From the NCBI GenBank assembly GCA_023701005.1, contig JAMPXW010000004.1, positions 1 to 63,952 on the forward strand: DNA of 63,952 nt, written 5' to 3'. The number at the start of each line of letters is the position of its first letter. Position 1 is the stretch's first letter. Shown piece by piece: positions 1-9,208 of the stretch. A program made the position numbers and the translations under genes. This DNA is from Burkholderiales bacterium. Its GTDB lineage: Bacteria > Patescibacteriota > Minisyncoccia > Phycocordibacterales > UBA9973. The notes beneath the pieces were generated by a model. The model was not told the DNA's origin and made no database searches. It saw nothing but the letters and a program-made list of their open reading frames with translations.

Positions 1-252
1 ATTGGCAACAGAGTGATGACATCTCCAGATGGAATCACATGGACACCTCGCACAAGTGCTGTTGATAATAGCTGGTCTTCTGTAACTTATGGCAATGGAC
101 TCTTTGTAGCAGTTGCTAATTCAGGAACAAACAATAGAGTGATGACATCTCCAGATGGAATCACATGGACACCTCGCACAACCCCAGTAGATAACAGTTG
201 GATTGGTGTAACTTATGGCAATGGACTCTTTGTAGCAGTTTCTGCTACAGGG
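1..252. repeat. 126-bp (42-codon) tandem repeat inside the giant gene, at least 2 units, probably continuing upstream of the window
   Basis: nt 10-54 are identical to 136-180 (45/45). nt 82-114 are identical to 208-240 (33/33). Confidence 0.9.
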
Positions 253-3200
253 ACAAATGATAGAGTGATGACTTTTTCTAGTAATGGTATTTATTACACA
301 TATTCTTATACTGTAAACGCAGCTAATGGAAGTACATACATAGATGGTACAGCGACTGTATCATTATCAACAACTGTGGATGCAGTAGGAAATTCATCAA
401 GTACTCCAACGAATAATACATTTACAATAGACACGGCAGGGCCAACTGTTGCACTTACCTATAGTGCAAATCCAGCACCAACAGGTGCAATGACAATCAC
501 TGCAACATACAGCGAAGCTCCAACGACTACTCCAAACATTTCTATTAATCAACCTGGAACAACAGATATTTCTAATGTTGCAATGAGTGGCAGTGGTACT
601 GTGTACACATATTCTTACACTGTGAATACAGCTAACGGAAGCACATATATAGATGGTACAGCGACTGTGAGTTTGTCGGCAACGACAGATGCAGTAGGTT
701 ATTCTTCTTCAGCACCTACCAATAATACTTTTGCGATAGACACTGTCGGACCAACAGCAACTGTGACTTATTCCATTGATCGTACAGTTAAAGGTGGAGA
801 ATCATTGGTAATCACAGCTACTTTTAATAAAGTTGTGGCAGATGCACCAGTTATGAAAATTGGAATTTCAGGAGCAAATACTGTTTCTGCTACAAATATG
901 ACGAAAGTAGATACTACACATTATACTTACACTCATACAGTCGGAGCAGGAGATGGTGTAGCTACTGTAGCTTTAAGTGTGGGTACAGATTTAGCAGGGA
1001 ATGTCGTCACTTCTTCTCCTACAAGTGGAGCGACTTTTTCTGTAGATAATATTTTGCCTTCTTCGACGATTGATGCTATTTGTTCTACTTTAGGCAATGG
1101 TTGTACGGGTGCAGGTGCATTAGCAGACCCCCAAGAATCATACAGTGTGCAGTCTATAAAAGGTACAGCTTCTGATAATGAAGGTGGTTCAGGATTAAGT
1201 TCAGTAAAAATTTCTATTAAAGACACAACGACGAATCTTTGGTATAGTGGCTCATCTTTTGCTGATGGAACTGAAACATATTTGACAGCCACAGGTACAA
1301 CTGCTTGGAGTTTTAATTCTTCTGCAATGGCATTGACAATTGATCATGTTTATCTGATACATGTTAAATCAATAGATCTTGCGACAAACGAAGAGAGTCC
1401 TGTGCAAGCTCTTAGTTTTAAATTTGTAAATTCTCCACCTACAGTTTCGAATGTAACGGCTTCTCAAGATTCTAGTGGAGTAGTAAATATTTCTTTTGAT
1501 GTATCTGATATAGAATCTTCTCAAACTACAAATTATTTATTTTATGGAATTGGAGCAACATTAAATGGAGCAATAAATAGTTCAGTAAATTCTCTTACGG
1601 TTTCAGATGCTACATATTTATCTAGTTCTGGAAGCATAATTATTGATGATGAAATAATTACTTATACAAGCAAGACTGGTAATGTTCTGAATGGATTAAC
1701 AAGAGGAGCATTAAGTACTACAGCATCTTCTCACAACAATGCTTCTAGCGTCTATGCAAAAGCCACGACTGTCACAGGCACAGGAGTAGGTCTCGTAAAT
1801 GTCGGCACTGGTAAAACGATGGTTTGGACAGCTGGAACAGATATAGATGGTTATGAAAATTTAAGTGAAGTTATAAAAGTAGTTGTCAATGATGGATCTA
1901 CTGGTTCAATGATAGGTTCACTCGTTTCTGCTACGTTTGCTTTTGATACATTGAAGCCGACGGCAGTAGTGACCTTTGACGCAGGGATAGCTGGAGTCAC
2001 AAATAGTGCAACGATAACAATACCAATGCCGGTAGATCAATCTACTGTTGAATATAAAATCAGTGATGATGCTGTGTCTCAGACGAATCCTACAAATAGT
2101 GGTTGGGTCACAATGACGCAAAGTACTACTATACCTTGGACTTTTGATTCTGATGTAGAAGCAAAAACAATTAAATATCAATATCGTGATGCTTATGGAA
2201 ATATAAGTAATGAAGTTTCTATTTCGACCCTCGCTCCAGTAGCAGCTAATTCATTTTTGGTTCAAGATTCTTCGAATATAAATATTTCTACATATGATAT
2301 GTATATTGGTTGGGGAGAGATAGTAGATTTGACAGGATTTTCCGCTTATAAAATAGAATATGCAACTTCTGATGATAATGTGACCTATGGAAGCTATACT
2401 GCGGTTACTGCAGATGGTATGTCTAACCCTACTACAAATTATTATGTTCACAGATTGTTAAATCCAAATAAATATTATAAATATCGTCTTGGTGTCGTCG
2501 GAACAAATGGAAATGTATCTGTGCGAGCAGGTGCACCTATCGTGGCTAAACCAGACGGAGTTCAAAATTACGGAGAAGGAGGAAGTGGGAGTGAGGCAGT
2601 AGTAATAACTGCATCTAAAGTAGAAAATGTAGTTCCTGTTCAAGGAGTAGATAAAAATGTGACGATTACATATCTGTTAACAGATTCATCTTCTGCTTCA
2701 AAAACAAATCCAAGTTACGAAGCTTATTTGTTTTATAATATTGGTGTCACTCTACCTTCAAGTCCGCTTAGTGGAGACAACTTAACTGTCTCGGATGCAT
2801 CTAAATTAAAATCTTCTGGATTTATTCAAATAAATAATGAAATTATTAAATATACAAGCAAGACTGGTAATGTCTTGAGTGGTTTGACTAGAAGTACTTG
2901 GCCTACAAATGGTACGACACGTACTACTAGAACCAACACTACATTTTTCTCAGGAACTCCTGTCTGGATAATGGCTTCTAGCGCTACTCCTGTACAAATA
3001 ACAAATACGAGCATAGTTACTGGGCAAAATGGTTCTATCGCCTGGGATACAAATAGTGAGACTACTTTGTCAGGCTCTGTCTATACCAATGTAGGCATAA
3101 GAGTTTTAGTGCATGACAATCAAACTACAGAATCTTTGTCTACTCAGTCTGATTTTTCTGAAATTGGAATATTAAATACTTTAGATTTGAATTCACCAAC

Positions 3201-6162
3201 TATTTCTTTTAGTACGGCTAGTGCTTCTGGGGTAGAAACGACGAGTCCTGTCACTGCAACTTTAAATTTGTCTCGAGCTTATCCATTAGATGTTTCAATA
3301 AATTATGCTGTCACGGGTACAGCTACTTCGGGTGATGACTATACTTTAGCGAGTGGCACAGAGACGATAACGGCGGGACAGACCACAAAAAGTATAAGTA
3401 TCCCTATTATTAATGATGCCGTTTCAGAATTTGATGAGACTATTATAGTCACAATTTCTAGCCCGACAAATGCGAGGTTGGGAGCTAATACAGTGTTTAC
3501 TTATACTATAGAAGATAATTTATTACCTACTTTGGCATTTAATGCTTTGACTAGTCAAAGTAATGAAGATGTAAATACTGTAAACATCCCAGTTTCTATA
3601 TCAGCTGCATATTCTGATAATGTGACATTCTCTTATGTAGTGACTGGTGGAACAGCAGATGGAGATAGTGTAGATTATCTGCTCGCAAATGGTACGGGCA
3701 CCATAACAGCTGGCAATACTTCTACTGATATTAGTCTGACTATATTTGATGATAGTATTTCTGAATCAACTGAAACGATAATCGTTACGATTTCTAATCC
3801 AACAAATGCTGTATTGGGTTCAAATCAAAATCATGTTTATTCAATATTAGATAATGAAATAGAAGTGACGTCAGTAACAGGAGGAAACATAAAATCTACA
3901 AGTGCTCGTATAACGTGGACAACAGATGATTTTACAAATAGTTTGCTTGAATATGGAATCATAGCTCCGGGGACTGAAGGTGCTTATAATCTTTCAAAAA
4001 CTAATTCAGAAAAAGTTTTGAATCATAGTATTTATATAGATAATCTTACACCCTCTACTACTTATTATTTTAAGACAACATCTGTGAATTTAGATAATGA
4101 AGATACTATAGTAGAATCTTCATTTACTACGACAGCAGGTCCTGTGACAACAGGAGTTTCTTCTAGTGCTGTCACAGACACGACTGCCACTATAACATGG
4201 ACGACGGATATTCCTGCTAGCTCTTATGTAAATTATTCTAAAGATTCTTCTTTAGCAAGTCCTACGAGATTTGGTACAGCAGAGTTAACGACAGATCATT
4301 CTGTCGCATTGACAGGGTTAGATGCTGGTTCAAATTATTATTACTATGTTGATGGAACTGATACAGATGGTAATAATGGAGAAAATGCAAATGCAGGGAG
4401 TTATTATACTTTTACGACAGCTGCTGATCAGACTGCTCCAGTAATTTCTGCAATATCTTCTCCTATTGTCACACCCACTGAAGTTGCTATTGTTTGGACT
4501 ACAAATGAATTAGCCAATGGGAAGGTAATGTATGGAACGACTTCAGGTAGCTATACAAATGAAACTGAATTAATATCTACTCCACTTATAAACCATTTAG
4601 TTACAATAAGTGGTCTTACTAAAGTCACTAAATATTATTATGTAGTTGTGTCTGCTGATTCGAATAGTAATACTACAACATCAGCAGAACAGAATTTTAC
4701 TACAGGAGATGTAGAGACGGTGACAGTAGTGAGCGGTGGTGGCGGAGGTGGAGTGATGGGTGTAGCTCGAGAATTGTATGATATATTGTTGGCTGAAAAT
4801 GCCACTTATAAATCAAAATTAAAAGATTATGATGATAAAATTCCTGTAATTTCAAATATACAGATAAATGATATTACTGCATTTGGAGCCCTTGTTTCAT
4901 TTGAGACGAGTGAAGATACTATCGTATTTATTGATTATGGAAAAGATGAAAGTTATGGATTAATAGCAGCAGACAAAGGATGGTCTAAGATACACACTGT
5001 GAAAATTTATGGATTAAGTTTGGGTACAGAATATAATTTTAAAATTAGTGCCATAGACAGATCAAACGATACTGGATATTCTGATAATCAAAAGTTTACT
5101 ACTAAGTTTTTAACTGAAGATTTGGCCGAATTGAAAAAAATAGAAAATGTAGAACAATTTCAAGATGAAATAGAGTCCACTATTGAGTCGATTCTTCCTT
5201 CTTTGGTTCCTCCTTTTATAGATAAACCAGTTGTTTCTGATATTACAGAAAATAGTGCGACGATTACTTTCCGTACAAACATAAAAGCATATCCTATTGT
5301 TAGTTATGCTGCTGAAAATAAATATGATGCGACAAAGTTGAATCCTTATGACGGAGAAATGTCAGATACTTCAGAGAAAAAAGTTCTGCACACTTTGTCT
5401 TTAGTAAGCCTGGCTCCAAATACTAAATATCATGTTATGGTAAAAGCTTATTCTTTACCACAAGTCGTCGGCAAATCAGAAGATTTTGTCTTTACTACAG
5501 AAGCTTCAAAGATTCAAGGTTCTATATTAGATATCAAAAAAGATTCCTTTACTGTAGTTTGGCAAACCGATGAAGCCACTTCTTCTATTATTGAATATAA
5601 AAATTTAAGTACAGGGAAAATAGCTCGCATGGTAGATGATGTTAAGAATATTTCTCATTCAGTATTGGTAGAAAATTTATCCCCAGGAACTTTGTATCAA
5701 GTAAATATTTCAGGAATAAATGATAAAGGAAATATAGTAGAAGGAAGTGCTCCTTTGAACGTTAAAACTTCAACAGACAACACTCCTCCCGTTATAACAA
5801 ACTTGAAAGTAGATAGTTCTTTGGTTGCAGGCAGAACAGATAAAGTGCAAGTCATTGTATCTTGGCAGACAGATGAAGCTTCTACTTCGACTGTATACTA
5901 TGAAGAGGGTTCTGGATCTTTGAAAGGTTCATTAGCAAACAAACAACAGGATGAAGAACTTACAAAGAATCATGTGGTTATTATGACTTCTTTAAAACCA
6001 GGTACTGTTTATAGATTTACAGTAGAATCGAAAGATGATGCTAATAATATAGTAAAACCTCCAATCCGTACGATAATTACTCCTAAGAAGGCTGAATCTA
6101 TTGTAGATGTTATATTTAAAAACTTTAATGAAACATTTAATTTCATAAATAATGTTCGATAA
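1..6162 (+). CDS. Giant secreted/surface repeat protein, 5' end cut by the window edge (propeller-like 42-aa repeats, Ig-like modules, two Calx-beta-like domains, long FN3-like array)
   Basis: The frame is open from nt 1 (track ORF 13..6162, 2049 aa). It has tandem MTSPDGITWTPRT...YGNGLFVAV units. Two Calx-beta-like segments are present (VTGTATSGDDYT.., VTGGTADGDSVDY.., each ending DETIIVTIS / TETIIVTIS). Many ..ITWTTD.. FN3-like units follow. Confidence 0.85.
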   Translation: MGNRVMTSPDGITWTPRTSAVDNSWSSVTYGNGLFVAVANSGTNNRVMTSPDGITWTPRTTPVDNSWIGVTYGNGLFVAVSATGTNDRVMTFSSNGIYYTYSYTVNAANGSTYIDGTATVSLSTTVDAVGNSSSTPTNNTFTIDTAGPTVALTYSANPAPTGAMTITATYSEAPTTTPNISINQPGTTDISNVAMSGSGTVYTYSYTVNTANGSTYIDGTATVSLSATTDAVGYSSSAPTNNTFAIDTVGPTATVTYSIDRTVKGGESLVITATFNKVVADAPVMKIGISGANTVSATNMTKVDTTHYTYTHTVGAGDGVATVALSVGTDLAGNVVTSSPTSGATFSVDNILPSSTIDAICSTLGNGCTGAGALADPQESYSVQSIKGTASDNEGGSGLSSVKISIKDTTTNLWYSGSSFADGTETYLTATGTTAWSFNSSAMALTIDHVYLIHVKSIDLATNEESPVQALSFKFVNSPPTVSNVTASQDSSGVVNISFDVSDIESSQTTNYLFYGIGATLNGAINSSVNSLTVSDATYLSSSGSIIIDDEIITYTSKTGNVLNGLTRGALSTTASSHNNASSVYAKATTVTGTGVGLVNVGTGKTMVWTAGTDIDGYENLSEVIKVVVNDGSTGSMIGSLVSATFAFDTLKPTAVVTFDAGIAGVTNSATITIPMPVDQSTVEYKISDDAVSQTNPTNSGWVTMTQSTTIPWTFDSDVEAKTIKYQYRDAYGNISNEVSISTLAPVAANSFLVQDSSNINISTYDMYIGWGEIVDLTGFSAYKIEYATSDDNVTYGSYTAVTADGMSNPTTNYYVHRLLNPNKYYKYRLGVVGTNGNVSVRAGAPIVAKPDGVQNYGEGGSGSEAVVITASKVENVVPVQGVDKNVTITYLLTDSSSASKTNPSYEAYLFYNIGVTLPSSPLSGDNLTVSDASKLKSSGFIQINNEIIKYTSKTGNVLSGLTRSTWPTNGTTRTTRTNTTFFSGTPVWIMASSATPVQITNTSIVTGQNGSIAWDTNSETTLSGSVYTNVGIRVLVHDNQTTESLSTQSDFSEIGILNTLDLNSPTISFSTASASGVETTSPVTATLNLSRAYPLDVSINYAVTGTATSGDDYTLASGTETITAGQTTKSISIPIINDAVSEFDETIIVTISSPTNARLGANTVFTYTIEDNLLPTLAFNALTSQSNEDVNTVNIPVSISAAYSDNVTFSYVVTGGTADGDSVDYLLANGTGTITAGNTSTDISLTIFDDSISESTETIIVTISNPTNAVLGSNQNHVYSILDNEIEVTSVTGGNIKSTSARITWTTDDFTNSLLEYGIIAPGTEGAYNLSKTNSEKVLNHSIYIDNLTPSTTYYFKTTSVNLDNEDTIVESSFTTTAGPVTTGVSSSAVTDTTATITWTTDIPASSYVNYSKDSSLASPTRFGTAELTTDHSVALTGLDAGSNYYYYVDGTDTDGNNGENANAGSYYTFTTAADQTAPVISAISSPIVTPTEVAIVWTTNELANGKVMYGTTSGSYTNETELISTPLINHLVTISGLTKVTKYYYVVVSADSNSNTTTSAEQNFTTGDVETVTVVSGGGGGGVMGVARELYDILLAENATYKSKLKDYDDKIPVISNIQINDITAFGALVSFETSEDTIVFIDYGKDESYGLIAADKGWSKIHTVKIYGLSLGTEYNFKISAIDRSNDTGYSDNQKFTTKFLTEDLAELKKIENVEQFQDEIESTIESILPSLVPPFIDKPVVSDITENSATITFRTNIKAYPIVSYAAENKYDATKLNPYDGEMSDTSEKKVLHTLSLVSLAPNTKYHVMVKAYSLPQVVGKSEDFVFTTEASKIQGSILDIKKDSFTVVWQTDEATSSIIEYKNLSTGKIARMVDDVKNISHSVLVENLSPGTLYQVNISGINDKGNIVEGSAPLNVKTSTDNTPPVITNLKVDSSLVAGRTDKVQVIVSWQTDEASTSTVYYEEGSGSLKGSLANKQQDEELTKNHVVIMTSLKPGTVYRFTVESKDDANNIVKPPIRTIITPKKAESIVDVIFKNFNETFNFINNVR

Positions 6163-6170
6163 AATAATTT

Positions 6171-6626
6171 ATGGATCTTAGAATTAAAAAAGAAAAAATA
6201 AAAATAATATTGATTGATGATGATGAGATAATGAGAGCTCTTTTTCGTAATGTTTTTTGGATACATGGCGACAAGGATGTTTACGATGTAAAAATATTTG
6301 TTTCACTCGAAGATGCTAAAAAACAAATTGATAAAGAGAGCTTTATTCCAGATATTATTTTTCTAGATATTATGATTCCTTTATTACAAAGTGGAGATTG
6401 CATGGAAGAGGAGATTAAAAGATCAAAATGTTTTATTGAAAAATTAAAGTCTGAATATAAATACAAAAATACAAAAATAATAGTTTATTCAGATCAAAAA
6501 GAAAAATCAATAAAAGAAGAAGTGTCTAAATTAGGAGCTGATGGATATATAATAAAAGGAAATTTAATGCCAAAAGAAATAGTTAATTTTGTAAACAAAA
6601 TCTATGAGTCAAATAATAAAAACTGA
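6171..6626 (+). CDS. Stand-alone response-regulator receiver (CheY-like) protein
   Basis: ILIDDDE acidic pocket, FLDIMIP phospho-acceptor region, YIIKG lysine region. No output domain. The 3' end overlaps the next gene by 23 nt. Confidence 0.7.
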   Translation: MDLRIKKEKIKIILIDDDEIMRALFRNVFWIHGDKDVYDVKIFVSLEDAKKQIDKESFIPDIIFLDIMIPLLQSGDCMEEEIKRSKCFIEKLKSEYKYKNTKIIVYSDQKEKSIKEEVSKLGADGYIIKGNLMPKEIVNFVNKIYESNNKN

Positions 6627-7953
6627 AAATCTTAATCTGTGGTATGACAAAGGGAAAGCAACAGAAGTTCATGCCCTCAAAAACATAAATATAGGAATAG
6701 AAAAAGGGGATTACGTTTCTTTTTTTGGTCCTTCTGGTTGTGGTAAAACCACGATACTTTATGCTGTCTCTGGTATAGACAGATTTCAGGAGGGTAAAGT
6801 TTTGATAAATGATGTCGATATTTCGGGTCTTACAAATCAAGAGTTGGCAGTATTTAGACAGACGGGAATAGGTATAGTTTTTCAACAATTTAACTTAGTA
6901 CCTTCTTTGAATGTTTTAAAAAATATATCTTTGCCGATGTTATTTGTTGGTATTTCTTCAGAAAAAGCAGAAATAGAAGCACGTAAATTGATTGAAAGAT
7001 TGGATCTTACAAAATATGCCAATAGATATCCTCACGAGCTTTCAGGAGGGCAACAACAAAGAGTCGGTATCGCTCGTGCTTTAGCCAATGATCCACCTAT
7101 CATAATTGCTGATGAACCATTAGGAAATCTAGATTCTGCTAATGCTAAGATGGTGTTAAATTTCTTAAAAGAATTAAATGAAAAAGATGGTAGAACCATA
7201 ATCATGGTTACCCACGAAGCTTGGAGTTTGCGTGATGTTAAGACTATTTTCCACATGAAAGATGGTGTTGTGTTGGACGTAGAAAAGACAAATGCCGGTT
7301 CAGTTGGTAATTCTATTTCTAAACATTTGAATGAACAACTTTCTTCTATGTCATCAGAAAATAATAAAAATGTTTCTGATGAAGAAAAGATTTCTGCTCG
7401 TATTTTAGCCAACTTTTTATTGCGTGGTTATTCGATGGATGAGATTAGACGTTTTGAATCTTTTGTTAACGAAAGATTTGAAAATAAAATTGATAAGAAA
7501 GAATTTCGTAGACTAATAAATAAACCTTTCAAAGAAGGTGGTGTCGGTTTATGGAAGAAAAAAGCAGAAAGAGTGACTATTTATTTGGAATCAATTCTGG
7601 ATGAAAAGAAAAATGTTGAACATATCTATAAAACTTTGGAAAAGAATCCAGAATTATCTATTATGGATGAAATCCATGCTATTAGAAATTGGTTATTGGA
7701 TGGTTATACAGGGCAGATAACACCCAATCAAGCTATGGCCCTAGATCAGGTTATTTCAGATAGAGTTAGAGATTTTATACCAAGTAGTAAAGTAGTTGAA
7801 TTATTAGATTTATCTAAAAATAAAGATGGCGTCGGTTTATCTTTCCGTGCAGCTCAAGTCATGTCTGAAAAATTAGAATTGATATTGAATGATAGTGAAG
7901 TAAATTATAATTCTTCTCATGTGGATAACGAAAATTTTGAAAAAAAGTTATAA
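6604..7953 (+). CDS. ABC transporter ATP-binding protein (FtsE/LolD/MacB type) with a ~220-aa C-terminal extension
   Basis: Walker A GPSGCGKTT, signature LSGGQQQRV, Walker B IIIADEP, H-loop VTHE. The extension from about aa 230 has no ABC motifs. Confidence 0.9.
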   Translation: MSQIIKTENLNLWYDKGKATEVHALKNINIGIEKGDYVSFFGPSGCGKTTILYAVSGIDRFQEGKVLINDVDISGLTNQELAVFRQTGIGIVFQQFNLVPSLNVLKNISLPMLFVGISSEKAEIEARKLIERLDLTKYANRYPHELSGGQQQRVGIARALANDPPIIIADEPLGNLDSANAKMVLNFLKELNEKDGRTIIMVTHEAWSLRDVKTIFHMKDGVVLDVEKTNAGSVGNSISKHLNEQLSSMSSENNKNVSDEEKISARILANFLLRGYSMDEIRRFESFVNERFENKIDKKEFRRLINKPFKEGGVGLWKKKAERVTIYLESILDEKKNVEHIYKTLEKNPELSIMDEIHAIRNWLLDGYTGQITPNQAMALDQVISDRVRDFIPSSKVVELLDLSKNKDGVGLSFRAAQVMSEKLELILNDSEVNYNSSHVDNENFEKKL

Positions 7954-7962
7954 TAAATTATT

Positions 7963-9174
7963 ATGCCTGATAAAAAATTAAAATTAACAGAATTACTTTC
8001 ATTATCAATTAGAACTTTTCGTACAAAACCCCAGAGAGCTTTTTTGACAGTGCTGGGTATGTCTATAGGTATAGCGACAGTTCTTCTTTTGGTCTCTCTT
8101 GGCTATGGCCTTCAATATATTTTGATAGGTAAATTGATGACGACAGAAGATTCTTTGATTACAATGGAGATATCTTATCCTTCTGAAAGTAATATTTTGA
8201 TTAAAAAACCATTATTGGAAAATATAAAAACATATGAAGACGTCGCAGAAGTTAGCCCTATCGCTGAATTCCCGGGAGAAGTGAATGAAGATGGTGGTTC
8301 TGGTCTTTTGGTAGATACAAATATAGTTGAACCATCCTATTTTAGATTATCAGGACTTTTACCAAATATTGGGATATCTCCTTCAGATAAAGATAAAGGC
8401 TTGGTTATATCTAGTCAAACATTGATTCCGTTAAATTTAAGTGCGACAGAAGAAACTTTGAATAAAGCTTTAAATTTTAAAGTTTTTTATCAAGATGATA
8501 AAAATAACACTTTTGAAGAGACGAATTCCATTGAACCAATAAAAATAAGAGGAATTATTAGTGACGAATCAATGCCTCCTACAACGATTATTTTTGCAAA
8601 TTCTCTTTCACAAGAGCCGCCGTTTTTTAGAAAAGTTCTTGTTAAAGCGAAAAATGTAGAAGTTTTAGAAGTATTACGTGATAGATTTTTAGGAGAGGGA
8701 TTTTTAGTATCAGCTCGTATAGATCTTGTGACTCAGGCGAGGAAGATTACAAATATAATAACTATTATATTGGGTGTTTTTGGTATTACTGCACTCATTG
8801 TGTCTTCAGTGGGAATGTTTAATACGATGCTTGTCGGATTCTTGGAACGTATTTATGAAGTTGGAATTTTAAAATCATTAGGAGCTACTGATTATGATGT
8901 TCGTAATTTATTTTTAGTTGAAGCATCTTTAATGGGATTCATGGGAGGTTTGGGTGGAGTTTTGATCGGCATAGGAGGAGGAAAGTTATTGAATCTTATT
9001 GTTAGTATCATATCTACTAAATTTGGAGGTGACCCGATAGATTTATTTTTAACACCATGGTGGTTTGTTTTTGTGATATTATCTTTTTCTATGGTTATCG
9101 GATTTTTGTCTGGTTGGTGGCCTGCTCACAGGGCAGCTGGTCTTTCTCCTAAAGAAGCTTTCACTAAGAGATAA
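7963..9174 (+). CDS. FtsX/MacB-like ABC transporter permease
   Basis: N-terminal TM helix, large extracytoplasmic segment, and a C-terminal FtsX-type 3-TM bundle (..ERIYEVGILKSLGAT..). Confidence 0.85.
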   Translation: MPDKKLKLTELLSLSIRTFRTKPQRAFLTVLGMSIGIATVLLLVSLGYGLQYILIGKLMTTEDSLITMEISYPSESNILIKKPLLENIKTYEDVAEVSPIAEFPGEVNEDGGSGLLVDTNIVEPSYFRLSGLLPNIGISPSDKDKGLVISSQTLIPLNLSATEETLNKALNFKVFYQDDKNNTFEETNSIEPIKIRGIISDESMPPTTIIFANSLSQEPPFFRKVLVKAKNVEVLEVLRDRFLGEGFLVSARIDLVTQARKITNIITIILGVFGITALIVSSVGMFNTMLVGFLERIYEVGILKSLGATDYDVRNLFLVEASLMGFMGGLGGVLIGIGGGKLLNLIVSIISTKFGGDPIDLFLTPWWFVFVILSFSMVIGFLSGWWPAHRAAGLSPKEAFTKR

Positions 9175-9208
9175 TGGCAATTTTCTAAAATTCTGTTATA
9201 TTTAAAGG

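Noticed and set aside
933-3014. Antisense ORFs inside the giant gene (933..1292, 1918..2181, 2251..2451, 2458..2643, 2826..3014). Similar antisense or overlapping ORFs occur throughout the track, for example 7032..7412, 22914..23471, 33422..33868, 36472..36918 and 54985..55449.
   Set aside because: Each lies wholly within a longer, motif-supported gene on the other strand or in another frame. Their composition is low-complexity or hydrophobic and they carry no RBS or motifs, which is typical of AT-rich shadow ORFs.
1-6162. Diversity-generating retroelement hypothesis for the repeated modules of the giant protein.
   Set aside because: I recognised no reverse transcriptase in the window. The differences between repeat copies are not restricted to adenine positions, and the copies look like ordinary domain duplications.
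6604-6626. Alternative genetic code (UGA recoding, as in some CPR lineages).
   Set aside because: Long conserved genes are intact under the standard code. The receiver gene appears to end at a TGA (6624-6626) where the next gene has already started. I see no sign that TGA needs read-through.
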